A stretch of DNA of 50,999 bases, the filler included, from Jimgerdemannia flammicorona (Eukaryota): the NCBI GenBank assembly GCA_003990765.1. It is 2 parts of 2 records of this genome, joined end to end, with 100 filler letters (N's around TTAATTAATTAA, not from the genome) between each part and the next. Parts side by side here need not be neighbours in the genome. Positions count along the whole stretch, not along the records: positions 25,551 to 50,999 come from RBNJ01000831.1; 1 more part is not named here. One strand, 5' to 3'. Numbering within the stretch: position 1 is the first letter of the stretch; every line of letters starts with the position of its first letter. Made by a program: the position numbers and the translations under genes. The notes under the pieces were generated by a model. The model made no database searches, was not told where the DNA came from, and saw only the letters and a list, made by a program, of their open reading frames with translations. Below are positions 28,901 to 40,094 of this stretch, piece after piece.

Positions 28901-29189
28901 TTAATCTGAATTACTTAATCTGAATTTTTTAATCTGAATCCTTCAATCTAAATTCTTTAATCTGAGTCTGCTATATGATTTATATACTGAATTTATCTAT
29001 AAACATATATATATAAATATATAGTATATTTAAATACTCATATTTACTAATTAATCTTCAATAATTTACAATACTGATAATACTTTAAGTTAAATATCTT
29101 TGATAGTTCTATATACTCCTCACAATCTTTACTCTGAAATCTGACAATATTGTACTAAGATTAATAATGAGATTATTATAGTTACTATA

Positions 29190-29223
<34 letters not shown>

Positions 29224-32200
29224 TTTATAATATAACTAATATATTATAAAATATATATATTGTGATGAGCAAATAGTATAATATAGCCAGATGATATGAA
29301 CTCCCAGCATAGCATAGTTACTAATATATATCACACTTATAATTAGCCAGAATGCTGAATCAGAGTTATTTATCTATATTCTAAGAATATACCTATATCT
29401 AGTAGATATACTTATATTCTGTAGATACACTCATATCTTAAAGATATATCTAAACATTATCAGAGATATTAAATCTATAATTATCCAGATAGCAACCAGA
29501 TAGCAATCACAGTATATAAAATATCTCAGAGATAAGAGTGAATAAACCTTAGTCTAAATTGAAGTATAAATCAAAGAAGTCTCTAAAGATTGAGCATTAG
29601 TTTCCTTATTTCTACTTCAGTCCACTTTCTGATATAAAGAAGAGTTTGTTATATTTTTAGTTTGCTTGCTAGATAAGCCTGAAGATTTGCTACCAAAGTT
29701 CAAGGAAGAACTTTGCTGTCTTTTGAAGCAAAATCTGCTACTTAAGAAATAAGTTGCTGATTTCAAGTTACTTATATTTCCAGAGAGCCCACTATAAGAA
29801 ATCTTGCCATAAGCCAGTCTACTAGATATAACTTCACAGTGATTCATTTATATAAATAAAGCTAGTCTTTGATATAACTTAGGAGCTATACTACTTAAGA
29901 AATATATATACTACATATCATCTCTTAAGATTGAAGTAGTTAAGAAAGAACTAGAAGAGTTACTTATACAAAAAGCCATTCAACCAAGTAAATCCCCTAT
30001 GGCTCACTAGTTTTATTTATCAAAAAGAAGAATAATATCTTATAAATATATATAGACTATTATATACTCAACAAACTTATAGTTAAGAACTGATATCTAC
30101 TACTCTTGATTGATCAAATTTTTAATACTTTCAAGAATACCAAGTACTTCACTAAGCTAGACCTCATGTCAGATTACCACCAAATCTGAATCAAGCTAGA
30201 AGATATTTTTAAGACTATATTTATAACTCTCTTTGAACTCTACAAATTTCTAATACTAGTATTTATCTTATCAATATATTCACTATATGCTAGATCCTCA
30301 TAAATAAAATATTCAAGGACTAACTATTTATATTCTTATTAGTATATCTTAATAACATTTTGATCTTTAATATATTTAAAGAAGAATACCTCAAGCATAT
30401 CTAAGTAGTTTTAGAGATCTTGCAAAAATATAAACTATATATAAAGTTTAAAAAGTATGAATTCTTTAAAGAATAAGTTGAATATCTTGATTACATTGTC
30501 TCTATATAAGGAATTCAAGTAGATCTGTACAAGATAGAGATAATTTAAGAAAGACCTATTCTATCAAATCTTATAAAACTTTAGTTCTTTTTTAATCTAG
30601 CTGACTACTACTATTACTTTATCAGAAATTTCTCTAGCATTACTGAGCTACTTATAAGGAAGAACTCTAACTTTAATTACTATATACTCTATATCAGAGA
30701 CCTCTTTTATCAATAAGCCTTTCAAGAACTCAAGTACTATCTGATCTATACTTCTAGTCTTATACAATATAGATCTGAGTCTGAAATTCACTATTACTAC
30801 TGATATATTAAATTTCACCATTAGAGCAGTTTTGTCAAAAGATGATGATAAAAGACATTGCTCTATTGTCTTTAAGTCTTACAAGTTATCTTTGATTGAA
30901 TAAAAGCTAGCTACATATTTATAAGAAGGAGCTACTGACAATAATATATATATTAGATCACTAGTAATACTATCTAAAAGGTATTGAGTTTGATATTATT
31001 ACTGATCATCAATCACTTAAGTATATTACTACCCAATCTACTCTATTATATCTATAAGCTAATTGGAGCCTTAAGCTTCAAACTTTCAATCCAATAATTA
31101 TCTATAAGCCTAACAAAACAATTATAGTTAGATATTTTATCTAGATATTCAGACCTCAATATAATTATGCAAGTCATTCTAATATTAGAATTTCTAGACT
31201 AAATTAGACAAGCTTATAAAAAAGATACTATTACTACTTGAGTTATTTGAAATAAGCTTAAGGATATATATATCATTAAGGATAATCTGATTTATCATTA
31301 AGACAGAGTCTACCTATCTGACAATATAAATCTATACTATAAGATACTACAAAAACACTATAACTCCCCACTTACTAGTAATCTTAGAATTGAGAAAACT
31401 GTCAAGAACATTCAACACTACTATTATTGACCAAATTATAGTTAAGGAAATTAAGAACTATATTGCTAGCTATAATATCTATTAGTGCAACAAGTCTATC
31501 AATCAAGTACTAGTTAGTTTACTACAATCACTGAGCAAGTTATAATGAACTTTATAACTCAACTATCATGAATATAATCTGGTACTGATGCTATTATCAT
31601 ATTTATTGACTATCTGATCAAGACTATAGTTACTGAATCCACTACTATCAATATTACTATACTTGAGATTGTAAGAATCTTTTTTAAGTCTATCTTCAAT
31701 CACTATGATCTACTATGAGTAATTGTCAGTAACTATGACCTCAAGTTCATAAGTTGCTTCTAGCAAACTCTCTTTAAGACTTTGAGAACCCAGTTGACCA
31801 TATCTATTGCCTTTTACCTACAAACTGATAGACAAACTGAGCATATGAACAGAACCTTAGAATAAATACTCAGAAACTATATTTTTTATGAGTAAGATAA
31901 TTGAGACCACTATCTGAATTATGTAGAATTTATATATAACAATACTATGTAATTATCTACTAATCTTTTCCCCTTTTAGCTACTCTATGATCAAGACTCT
32001 GAGACTCCTGTAAGTCTAGTTTCTTTTAAGAAAAATAGTCAAATATAAGTCTCTACTGCTAAGAATCTCACAGATAAGATAGATGAATTATTCAAAATTA
32101 TTACTGTAAATCTTCAGAAAGCCCAATAATACTAAGTCAAATATACTGATAAGAAGTACCATGATATCATATATACTATTGAAGATCAAGTTCTACTGTC

Positions 32201-32832
32201 TACTGAGAAACTCAAAATATAATCTCAAATCAACTATCTGTTAAATAAATTTCAATCTAAGTATATTGGACCCTTTAAGATTACTAAACAAGTCTTTGTA
32301 TTCTTCTACTATCTCAATTATGTATCTAAAATCATAAGAATATACCCAGTCTTTTATATATCACACCTCAAGATCTGAAACCAATCACTACTCTACTCTG
32401 GTCAAATTTCTAAGCCATCTGCCTCTATAATTATAAAGATCATATTAAGTATAAAGTTAAGAAAATCATTAATAAACAAATCCACTACTATTGTTCTGAA
32501 TATCTGATCAAGTAGATGGACTACTCTAAATATGATACTATCTAAAAACTACTAGTTAATCTTAAGAACTCTTAAGACCTAGTCCAAAACTTTAAAATAA
32601 AATATATTATCTAATCTCTTAGTAACTTCCTTAAATTATTAATGATCTATAGTAATAACCAGTATCTTATATATTAAAAGTTTACTTTAGAATCTGAGAA
32701 CTAGTAGAATGTTTAGTAAATAAGAAGTCTACTGAAATAAAGCTACTAGCTAGATTTAAATCTCTCTTAGATAGTTAGTTTAATAATAGGACCTCTGTTC
32801 TATATAAGAATAGTTAGTTCTTATTAATATAC

Positions 32833-33299
32833 TGTAACGTAGCAGATGCTTACTCTTGAAAGTATGTCAGATTTCTGTATCTTGAAGACTTGACTGTTCT
32901 GACTCTCACAGAGTCTCTTGAAGTTGCAGGGGAGGGTAGGTAAGTTCGAAGTGTATCTGCCTGCAGGCTTACTAGTTTCTTTGCTATCTCTTTGCTTTGA
33001 ACTATTTCAATCTGAGGTTTATTCACTTGAGGATACTGGGTTATTTATACAAGTTTGCTAGCTATGAGATAGTTACTGGGTTATGTGGCTAAGTTATGAG
33101 TTATTTAACACTTTGCGAAATGTTTCACCAGTTGCGAAATGCTATACTATATCGGGGAGCTTGATTTTGCACTCTGCGAAATATTTAGCAAGTTACGAAA
33201 TCGAGGACTGTTAACTATGTGGCTATACTACTTTGGGACTAGGTGCAATCAAGTGTCTATTCCCTATTTCCTTCTTCCAAATCTGGCTATACCATTACA
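32833..33299 (-). repeat. 3' LTR of family B element
   Basis: 467 bp, TG...CA, direct repeat of 39069-39534, PPT adjacent. Confidence 0.95.
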
Positions 33300-33798
33300 A
33301 CTTCCTCCTGAATAGATGATCTCGTCCCTAAAGCATCTATTCAAACTCTCAAGCTTCAATAGTCTGTATGGTCTTATATTGTGCGATTTGTTGCATCACT
33401 GTTTCCCAATGGTGTTGTCTGACTCAGTCGAAGTCTGAGGGGGTCACTCCTCGCAGGTGAGCTAGTGCTAATTCATCCTCTTAGAATAGCTTGTGGATTC
33501 TTTTGGCAATGGTGATCTGAGAATAGGAGAGCTGGCATTCTGCGATCCAATTTTCTTTAGTCATTTCTGGGTCTTGGTTGAGTACTTGGCCGAGTTTGAA
33601 GTACTCCTGGAATTTGTTTCGATGCTGATAGGCCTTGAAGTATGAGATCCAAGAGAGATGAGTCTGCACAATACTTTGGATACTGTCATAAGATTCCTCT
33701 ATAGTCAGAGGCTCAGTGGTACATTATTGTCTCTCGATGGCTCTTTGGGCAGCACTAGTGATCTTGAGTGCTATCACAGTACTTTTGTTACTGACTAT
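33295..33798 (-). pseudogene. ORF3 of family B element, unknown function (about 167 codons, transition-type stops)
   Basis: One frame from ATA (probably ex-ATG) overlapping the integrase stop, through FQEYFKLGQVL..QITIAKRIHKLF..LAHLRGVTPSDF, to the LTR. Each stop can be explained by a single C>T or G>A change. Confidence 0.6.
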
Positions 33799-34981
33799 GA
33801 TATTTCTTGAGTCAGTTTCGGTGAATGGTGGTGGGAATTATTGTGCCTGAGGGTTTTCATAGCCAAAAGGTGGTTTCTTTTATATCTTACATAAGGTAAG
33901 GTCCTTTCCACTTGGGCTCCAGTTTTCGTGACCATGAAGCTTCAACCATATTCCAATACACCAGGACTTTGTCTCCTATCTTGATAATCTCCAAGGGTTT
34001 GTGGGTCTTTTCCACATTCTTCCATTATAGTGTCTGTGCCTTCGTTATGTAATCCTCAGCCTTCTTCCTGATTTGGTGTAGTCTCCATATTTCTATATCC
34101 ACATGTTTCCATACAATATCTCCATTGGATGACAGCATTCTCTGAGAACATTCTTCTCCAAACAGTATTTCTTAAGGGGTAAAGTAGGTGCTTTGTGATT
34201 GGATATCCTGGAGAGCAGATAATGCTATTGGTAGATAGTGATCCCAGTTCTCATAGTTATTGCAGATCTTGGCAATAACATTCTTGAGGGTTTTGTTGGT
34301 TCTTTCTACTTATCCATTTCCTTAAGGGTGATATGCTGTAGTTCGAATATACTGGATCTTGTACTTCTTGTAGAGAACTTTGAAGAACTGATTCATGAAT
34401 TCAGTTCCTCTATCTGTAGTTACTTGTGTTGGGGTCTTGAACCAGCAGATGATTTCTTTGTGGAAGAAATCGGCAATTGACTGTGCATTGGCTTCCATAA
34501 GGGGTCCTGCTTCTATCCATTTTGTAAAGAGGTCTACAATGACAATGATGTATTGATTGCCAGTCAAGATCAAGGGTAGGGGGCCGATTATATCCATTGT
34601 AATGTGGGTGAATGGTACTGGTTCTATGTGTGCTGATCCCAGAGCTTGATTTCATTGGTCTTGTTTCTGTTTCTGGCATTTTTCGCAGGTCTTGACAAGT
34701 TGTCTGATATCTTCCTCCATCCCTGGCCACCATATTGTTCTTCTTGCTTTGTTGTATGTATTTGTTCCTCCTAGATAGCCAAGTTCATGTACTGATTTCA
34801 TTGCTTGCTCCTTCTTGTGTTCTGGTATGACTAGTAGTTTTCCTTTCTTCAATGTTTCTCCATCGGTTTTGAATTGTTTCCATGTTCTGTTGATAATCGT
34901 TTGTGTCCATTCTTCCAGATGTTGGGGCATCTTTCGCTGTCCCAGGTATGTAATAATTCTGTAGTAGAGCTCCTTATTCAT
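33788..34981 (-). pseudogene. Integrase ORF2 of family B element
   Basis: GCC-ATG MNKELYYRIITYL..VHELGYLG..CEKC..MDIIGPL..TDRGTEF..KWKGPY..LKKYHSQ*. One 398-codon frame with internal stops. Confidence 0.85.
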
Positions 34982-37900
34982 GGCAATTTTGTGGGGGTGG
35001 GGTCCTTTGGGGTGTCCATGAGAGGGCATCTGCATTGGCATTAGTTCTTCCAGAGCGATGTATGATAGTTACATCATAAGCTTGCAACTTCATTATCCAT
35101 CTGGCATAGATTCCTTTGGGTTGTCCAGTTGTCAGTAGTCAGGTAAGAGCTGAGTGGTCTGTTTGGATGGTGAAGTATCTTCCAGCCAAGTAGTAGTGGA
35201 ACTTTTCTATGGCCCAGATGACTGCAAGGCATTCCAACTTATAGTATTCATATTCTTTTTCAGCTCCTCGGGTTCTGCGGCTAAGGTATGTGATAACATA
35301 CTCCACTTTATCTTTCTTTTGAGCTAGGACTGCTCCTAGTCCTTGTGTACTTGCATCAGTCTGTAGGATGAATTCCTGAGTCCAGTCAGGTCTTCTGAGG
35401 ATGGGTGCCTGGGTCAGTCTGACCTTGAGTTCATCAAATACTTTTTGTTGTCTGCCGGTCCACTGGAACTTGGTATCCTTCTTGTTAAGTTCATAGATTG
35501 GTCCTACGATGTTGGAGAATCCTCTAATAAATCTGCAATAATAGGAGGTGAGTCCCATGAAGGCTTGGGCTTCTGTAACAGTGGTAGGTCTTGGGTATGC
35601 TGCCACTGCTTGTATCTTGAGGGGGTCTGTGTATGTTCCATCTTGATTAATAATATGGCTGAGATAGGAAATCTTGATTTCTGTGAACTTGCACTTCTTG
35701 GGTTTGATGTAAAGGCCATGTTGTCTTAGTCTCTCCATTATCTGCTGTATATGCTGCAGATGTTCCTCAGGTGTCTTGCTGTAGATGATTACATCATTGA
35801 TGTAGACCATCATTCATCTTCCCATATCATAGCAGAAGATTTTGTTCATCATTCACTGGAAGCTTGCTGGTGCATTGCACATTCCAAATGGCATTTGTAG
35901 GTAGACGTAGGTTCCGTCTGGAGTGATGAAAGCTGACTTTTCACTTGCTATGTCTGTGAGTCCGATTTGGTAGAATCCTGAGTATAAGTCCAAGGTGCTG
36001 TAGTATTGTGCTTCATCTCCCAGTATTATGAGGATGTCATTGATGAGGGGCAGTGGTTGGCGATCCTTCTTGATAACCATGTTGAGTTTTCTGTAGTCAA
36101 CACAGAGTCTTGGGGCGAATTCTTCAGACTTGCTATCTTTTTTCGGGGCCAGTACAACAGGTGAGGACCAGAGACTGCTGGCTTCTTTAATGATGCCGGC
36201 TTCTTCCATCTGCTTGATTTCTTCCCTGAGCCATTCTCAGTAGGCTGGTGGGACAGGTCTTGCTTTCTGATAAATTGGTTCGGTGTCTCCAGTGTCTACT
36301 TTGTGGTAGTAGTGTGGGGTCTTTTCTTTGATATCCTTGAAATCTGTGGCAAGGACATCTTCAAATTCGTGGAGTATTTTCTTGAGTTCTTTCTTGAGTG
36401 GAAATTTATTTCCGATGGTGTAGCTGTGCTTGCTTGTGTTTTCCTCCTTCTTATGCTCGAGTTCGGTGATCTTGGTGTTGGTGAATACTCCTCTTCCTGT
36501 GGATCCAAATCCTTTCTTTTCTCTTCTTGTTTCCTCCAGCTTCTTAACTTCTATAATCTTTGGTTATAGGATCAGAAAGATCAATATTTGTGCCAATCAG
36601 TCCTTCTTCTTGACTGGAAATAGGATTGTAGGATTGTGATTCCTAGCAATGAGTAGGATTTCTCTAATATAGTCTGAATCGATGACTCCTCCTTCGATTG
36701 TAATTTCACTTCTAGCCAGGCTACTTCTTGTCTTGAGAATCCTGACATGATCCTTTGGGATGGTCATCTCCAGTCCAGTTGTGAGTAGGGTGGTTGTCTG
36801 GGGTTCCAGTACAGTCTCTTCTACCATAGCAATGTCCATTCCAGCTGCATTTTCTGACTTGTATTCTGGTAAGACTGCATCAGGGTGGATCTTTTGAATC
36901 TTGACCTTGATTTCTTCTTCATCATCACTGTCCTCCAGGAGGGCTGGTGGTTCGTCATCTTCCTCCTTCTCTTCTTCCTTGATCTGTTTTTCGAGAGCTT
37001 TCTGCCTTCTTTCCTGGTGAATCTTCTTGATTCCGATAGTGTACTGGTAGCAATTATTGATATGCTCCATATAGTATATCTTGATCCTGTGAGGATAGAC
37101 TCCTTGTGGTGCATAGCCTTCTGCCATCTTCTTGCACCATTCTTCTTCACTCATCCATCCAACTTTCTTCTTCCTTGGAGTAGTCACTATATAAGCTTCC
37201 TCTTGCTCGCTCTCTTCTTCCTCCATGTTGGGCAGGACTCCTTTGTTGACATTGATGGAAATTTGTATCTTCTGTCCTCGGTAGGTGATCTGCATCTTCT
37301 GGGCATTGAGATTGATTACTGCTTTGGCTTTGTGAAGCCATTAATTGCCAATGAGAATGTCATAGTTGGTAGCATTGGTTATGATTACATCTACTGGAAT
37401 TGTTGCTCCTCTGATCTTGATGGGAACATCTCAGATCTTTCCCAGAGGTGTGGCCCTTGTACTGTCAGCTGTAACGAATACCAGCTTAGTTGCTTCTTCT
37501 ATATTCCAACCTAGGCAGTCTGCTGTCTTCTTGCTGAGAAGACATCCTCCTGCTCCTGTATCAATGATGGCCTCAAAGATCCTATCTTCAATTTGGCATG
37601 TTGCATAAGCAGAGGTTTTGCTATTATCCTCGCTTTCTTCTCCTGAGTCCTCTTGAGTATTATTGGCCTCGGTTATCTTCCATTCTTGTTCCTTAGTTGT
37701 TTCGGCAAGTCCAAACCTCATTTGTTGTCTGAATGTTGAGATTTCTGCGAGCTGACCAAAGGTTGCATTGACCTTTTATTGGCTGAGGTCCTTGAAGATA
37801 TCATACTTGAAGGTCTTGGTCTTGTGAAGCTTCCTTTCTTTTTCTCCTTCACTGGCTGAAGTGGTTCCTTGGATGATATCTTGAACTGCTTGCTCTAGCT

Positions 37901-38966
37901 CTGTATCTTGGTCTATCTCTTTGACTTAACTTTCTGTGGTAGTTTCCATCTACTTTTCCACTGGATTCTTCTTGGGTCTTCCTGGTGGTCTCTTGTAGGG
38001 TTCTTTGCGAGCATCCTTCTTAGTGGTCTGAGCAGGATAGGTCTCCCATTCTTCTTCATCGGAATCTCCAATCTCCTTGAAGATAATTGTATTGGCCTGC
38101 TCCTTGTTTCATGTAGCATTACTTAGTTGAGCCTTGTGCTTGGTTTCACTCATGCATTCATAGGAGTAGTGGCCTTCTTCTCCACAAGTGTAGCAGGTAC
38201 CTTTCTTCTTTTCTGAGGTGGTGGCGAACTTCTAGACAGGGCGACGGTCTCTTCCTCGAATTTTCTTTACCACATCTCCCAGGTGGGCAGTCATTTCAGC
38301 AAACCTTTTGGCGAGTTCCTCCATAGGGTTACTGTTCTTTTGCTGCTCTGTAGCTTTTGGCTGAGATATATTTCGATTGATCATTATGGTAGGGATCACA
38401 CTGGTTGCCTTGGGTGCCTCAATTCTGACTCCTGTGACCCTTTCCATTGTATGGTCTTGTAGATGTCTGGCAATTCAGTATCACTGAGCATAGGTGACCT
38501 TCTGTGGCAGATCCAGAATTACTGGTGATGAGCAGATGGCCATGGCTATTTCTGGATGAACTCCTTTCATGAAGGTTGCTTCAGCTACTTGATCTCAGAT
38601 AGCAGCAGCATAATCTGTAAGGATTATCTGATATCAAATTCTGGTATAGAATGTGTTTGGATTCTCACTCATTCCTTGGCATGTTGTGTTGAGCTGATCC
38701 TTCAGGGCTTGCTTGATCTCATCTGTATAATATGTATTTTGGAGCCAGGTCTTCTGTACTGTCAGTATAACATCAGCATCATTTCCTGTATAGGTTGTGG
38801 CTGTGAATACTGCTCTGGTAGGGCCTCGTAGGCTGAAGGACATGAGGGCTACTTGCTGTGCTGCTGTCAGGGTCCTTACAGTGGCATACTGCTCAAAATC
38901 GTCAATGAAGGTGATGATCGATTTATCTGAGGTATATCCGTGGAATACTAGTAGTCTCATATCCAT
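34974..38966 (-). pseudogene. ORF1 gag-protease-dUTPase-RT-RNaseH of family B element
   Basis: ORF-track pieces starting at 38966, 38447, 37721, 37295, 36209 and 35813 are all in the same frame (1331 codons), interrupted by point-mutation stops. Confidence 0.88.
36495..36915 (-). other. dut: dUTPase domain within ORF1 (between protease and RT)
   Basis: Five trimeric dUTPase motifs: AAGMDI, TRSSLA, GGVIDSDYIREI, D*LAQIL (TGA from CGA), and LEETRREKKGFGSTG. Confidence 0.92.
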
Positions 38967-39068
38967 CTTGTCTGGATATTGGGGCTTGGTTTGGGTAGTG
39001 GTGGTTGTTCGTTGTTCAGCTTGAAAGTGAGGGATTCATCTTGAATCACCAGCCAATGGGCACCAAGT

Positions 39069-39534
39069 TGTAATGTAGTGGATGCTTACTCTTAAAAGTA
39101 CATTGGATTTCTGTATCTTGAAGACTTGACTGTTCTGACTCTCGCAGAGTCTCTTGAAGTTGCAGGAGAGGGTGGGTGAGTTCGAAGTGTATCTGTCTGC
39201 AGGCTTACTAGTTCCTTTGCTATCTCTTTGCTTTGAACTATTTCGATCTGAGGTTTATTCACTTGAGGATACTGGGTTATTTATACAAGTTTGCTAGCTA
39301 TGAGATAGTTACTGGGTTATATGGCTAAGTTATGAGTCATTTAACACTTTGTAAAATATTTCGCCAATTGCAAAATGCTATACTTATCAGGGAGCTCAAT
39401 CTTGTACTCTGCGAAATATTTAGCAAGTTGCAAAATCGAGGACTGTTAACTATGTGGCTATACTACTTTGGGACTGGGTGCGATTAAGTATCTATTTCCT
39501 ATTTTCTTCTTCCAAATCTGGCTATACCATCACA
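39069..39534 (-). repeat. 5' LTR of family B element
   Basis: 466 bp, TG...CA, PBS adjacent, followed by TSD ATAC. Confidence 0.95.
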
Positions 39535-39629
39535 ATACTAATATAAGTTTGAGAAATTTTAATTAAGTATATTTAGTCTTATATAACTTAAGAACTCAAT
39601 GAGGATATTAGTTCTTAAGAAGAGAGGGA

Positions 39630-40094
39630 TATAATAATTTTATAGTTATATTTTAGTCTTAGTACTTTTTTATATCTTTCTACTAATCTTTTCTTGTCTT
39701 TTTATAAATATTCTACTATGTTTCAGCATCTTTTAAGTATCTAGAAATCTTCTCTTAGTACTAAGACATCACTAGAACATTTTTGTCTTTTCTTGATACT
39801 AAGCTATACTAAGTATCTAGTTATAGAACCTTTTGGAATATTGTAGAATTCTATTAATTATCTTTGCTAAAAATCTATTTCTTGGCCTTTTTTTTCTTTT
39901 CCAAGATCCATTTAGATCTTTCTTTCAGATCTTATATAAATATCCTTATTCTCTGCTTGAATAAAACTTAGAATAGTTTCTCTCAGAATTCTTTTGAGAA
40001 TACTTAAACTTATAAGTATCTCTTTAAGCTACTTTAAGTCTATTAGAATTATCAGACTTAACTACTTTCTCTTAAAGAAACTAGAACTATTATA
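39630..40094 (+). repeat. 3' LTR of family A element
   Basis: 465 bp after a polypurine tract; inverted copy of 41108-41572. Confidence 0.8.

Larger units (their letters stand above)
32833..39534 (-). mobile_element. Family B full-length Ty3/Gypsy element with dUTPase, separate integrase ORF and ORF3
   Basis: TG..CA LTRs 32833-33299 and 39069-39534; 4-bp TSD ATAC; PBS TGGTGCCCATTGG; PPT AGGAGGAAG. Domains: gag CCHC (CYTCGEEGHYSYEC), protease IIDTGAG, RT VYIND, RNase H QTDAS, integrase CEKC/MDIIGPL/TDRGTEF/GPY. Confidence 0.95.
29600..40094 (+). mobile_element. Family A chromodomain-bearing Ty3/Gypsy, 5'-truncated, heavily mutated, interrupted at 32833-39534
   Basis: Degenerate RT (YLNNILIF at about 30345, from YLDD), RNase H (TTDILNFTIRAVLS), integrase, and chromodomain (YKVKKII..EYLIK*MDY at about 32450-32560). 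Resumes after 39538 to a PPT (AAGAAGAGAGGGA) and 3' LTR 39630-40094. Confidence 0.85.

Noticed and set aside
29261..29600. TG-starting segment as the 5' LTR of the family A plus element
   Set aside because: It does not match the 3' LTR at 39630-40094 and no gag or protease follows. At most it is a fragment of another repeat.
36495..36915. dUTPase as a counter-defence against the C>T hypermutation
   Set aside because: dUTPase cleans the nucleotide pool and cannot reverse cytosine or 5mC deamination in DNA. The element was mutated anyway.
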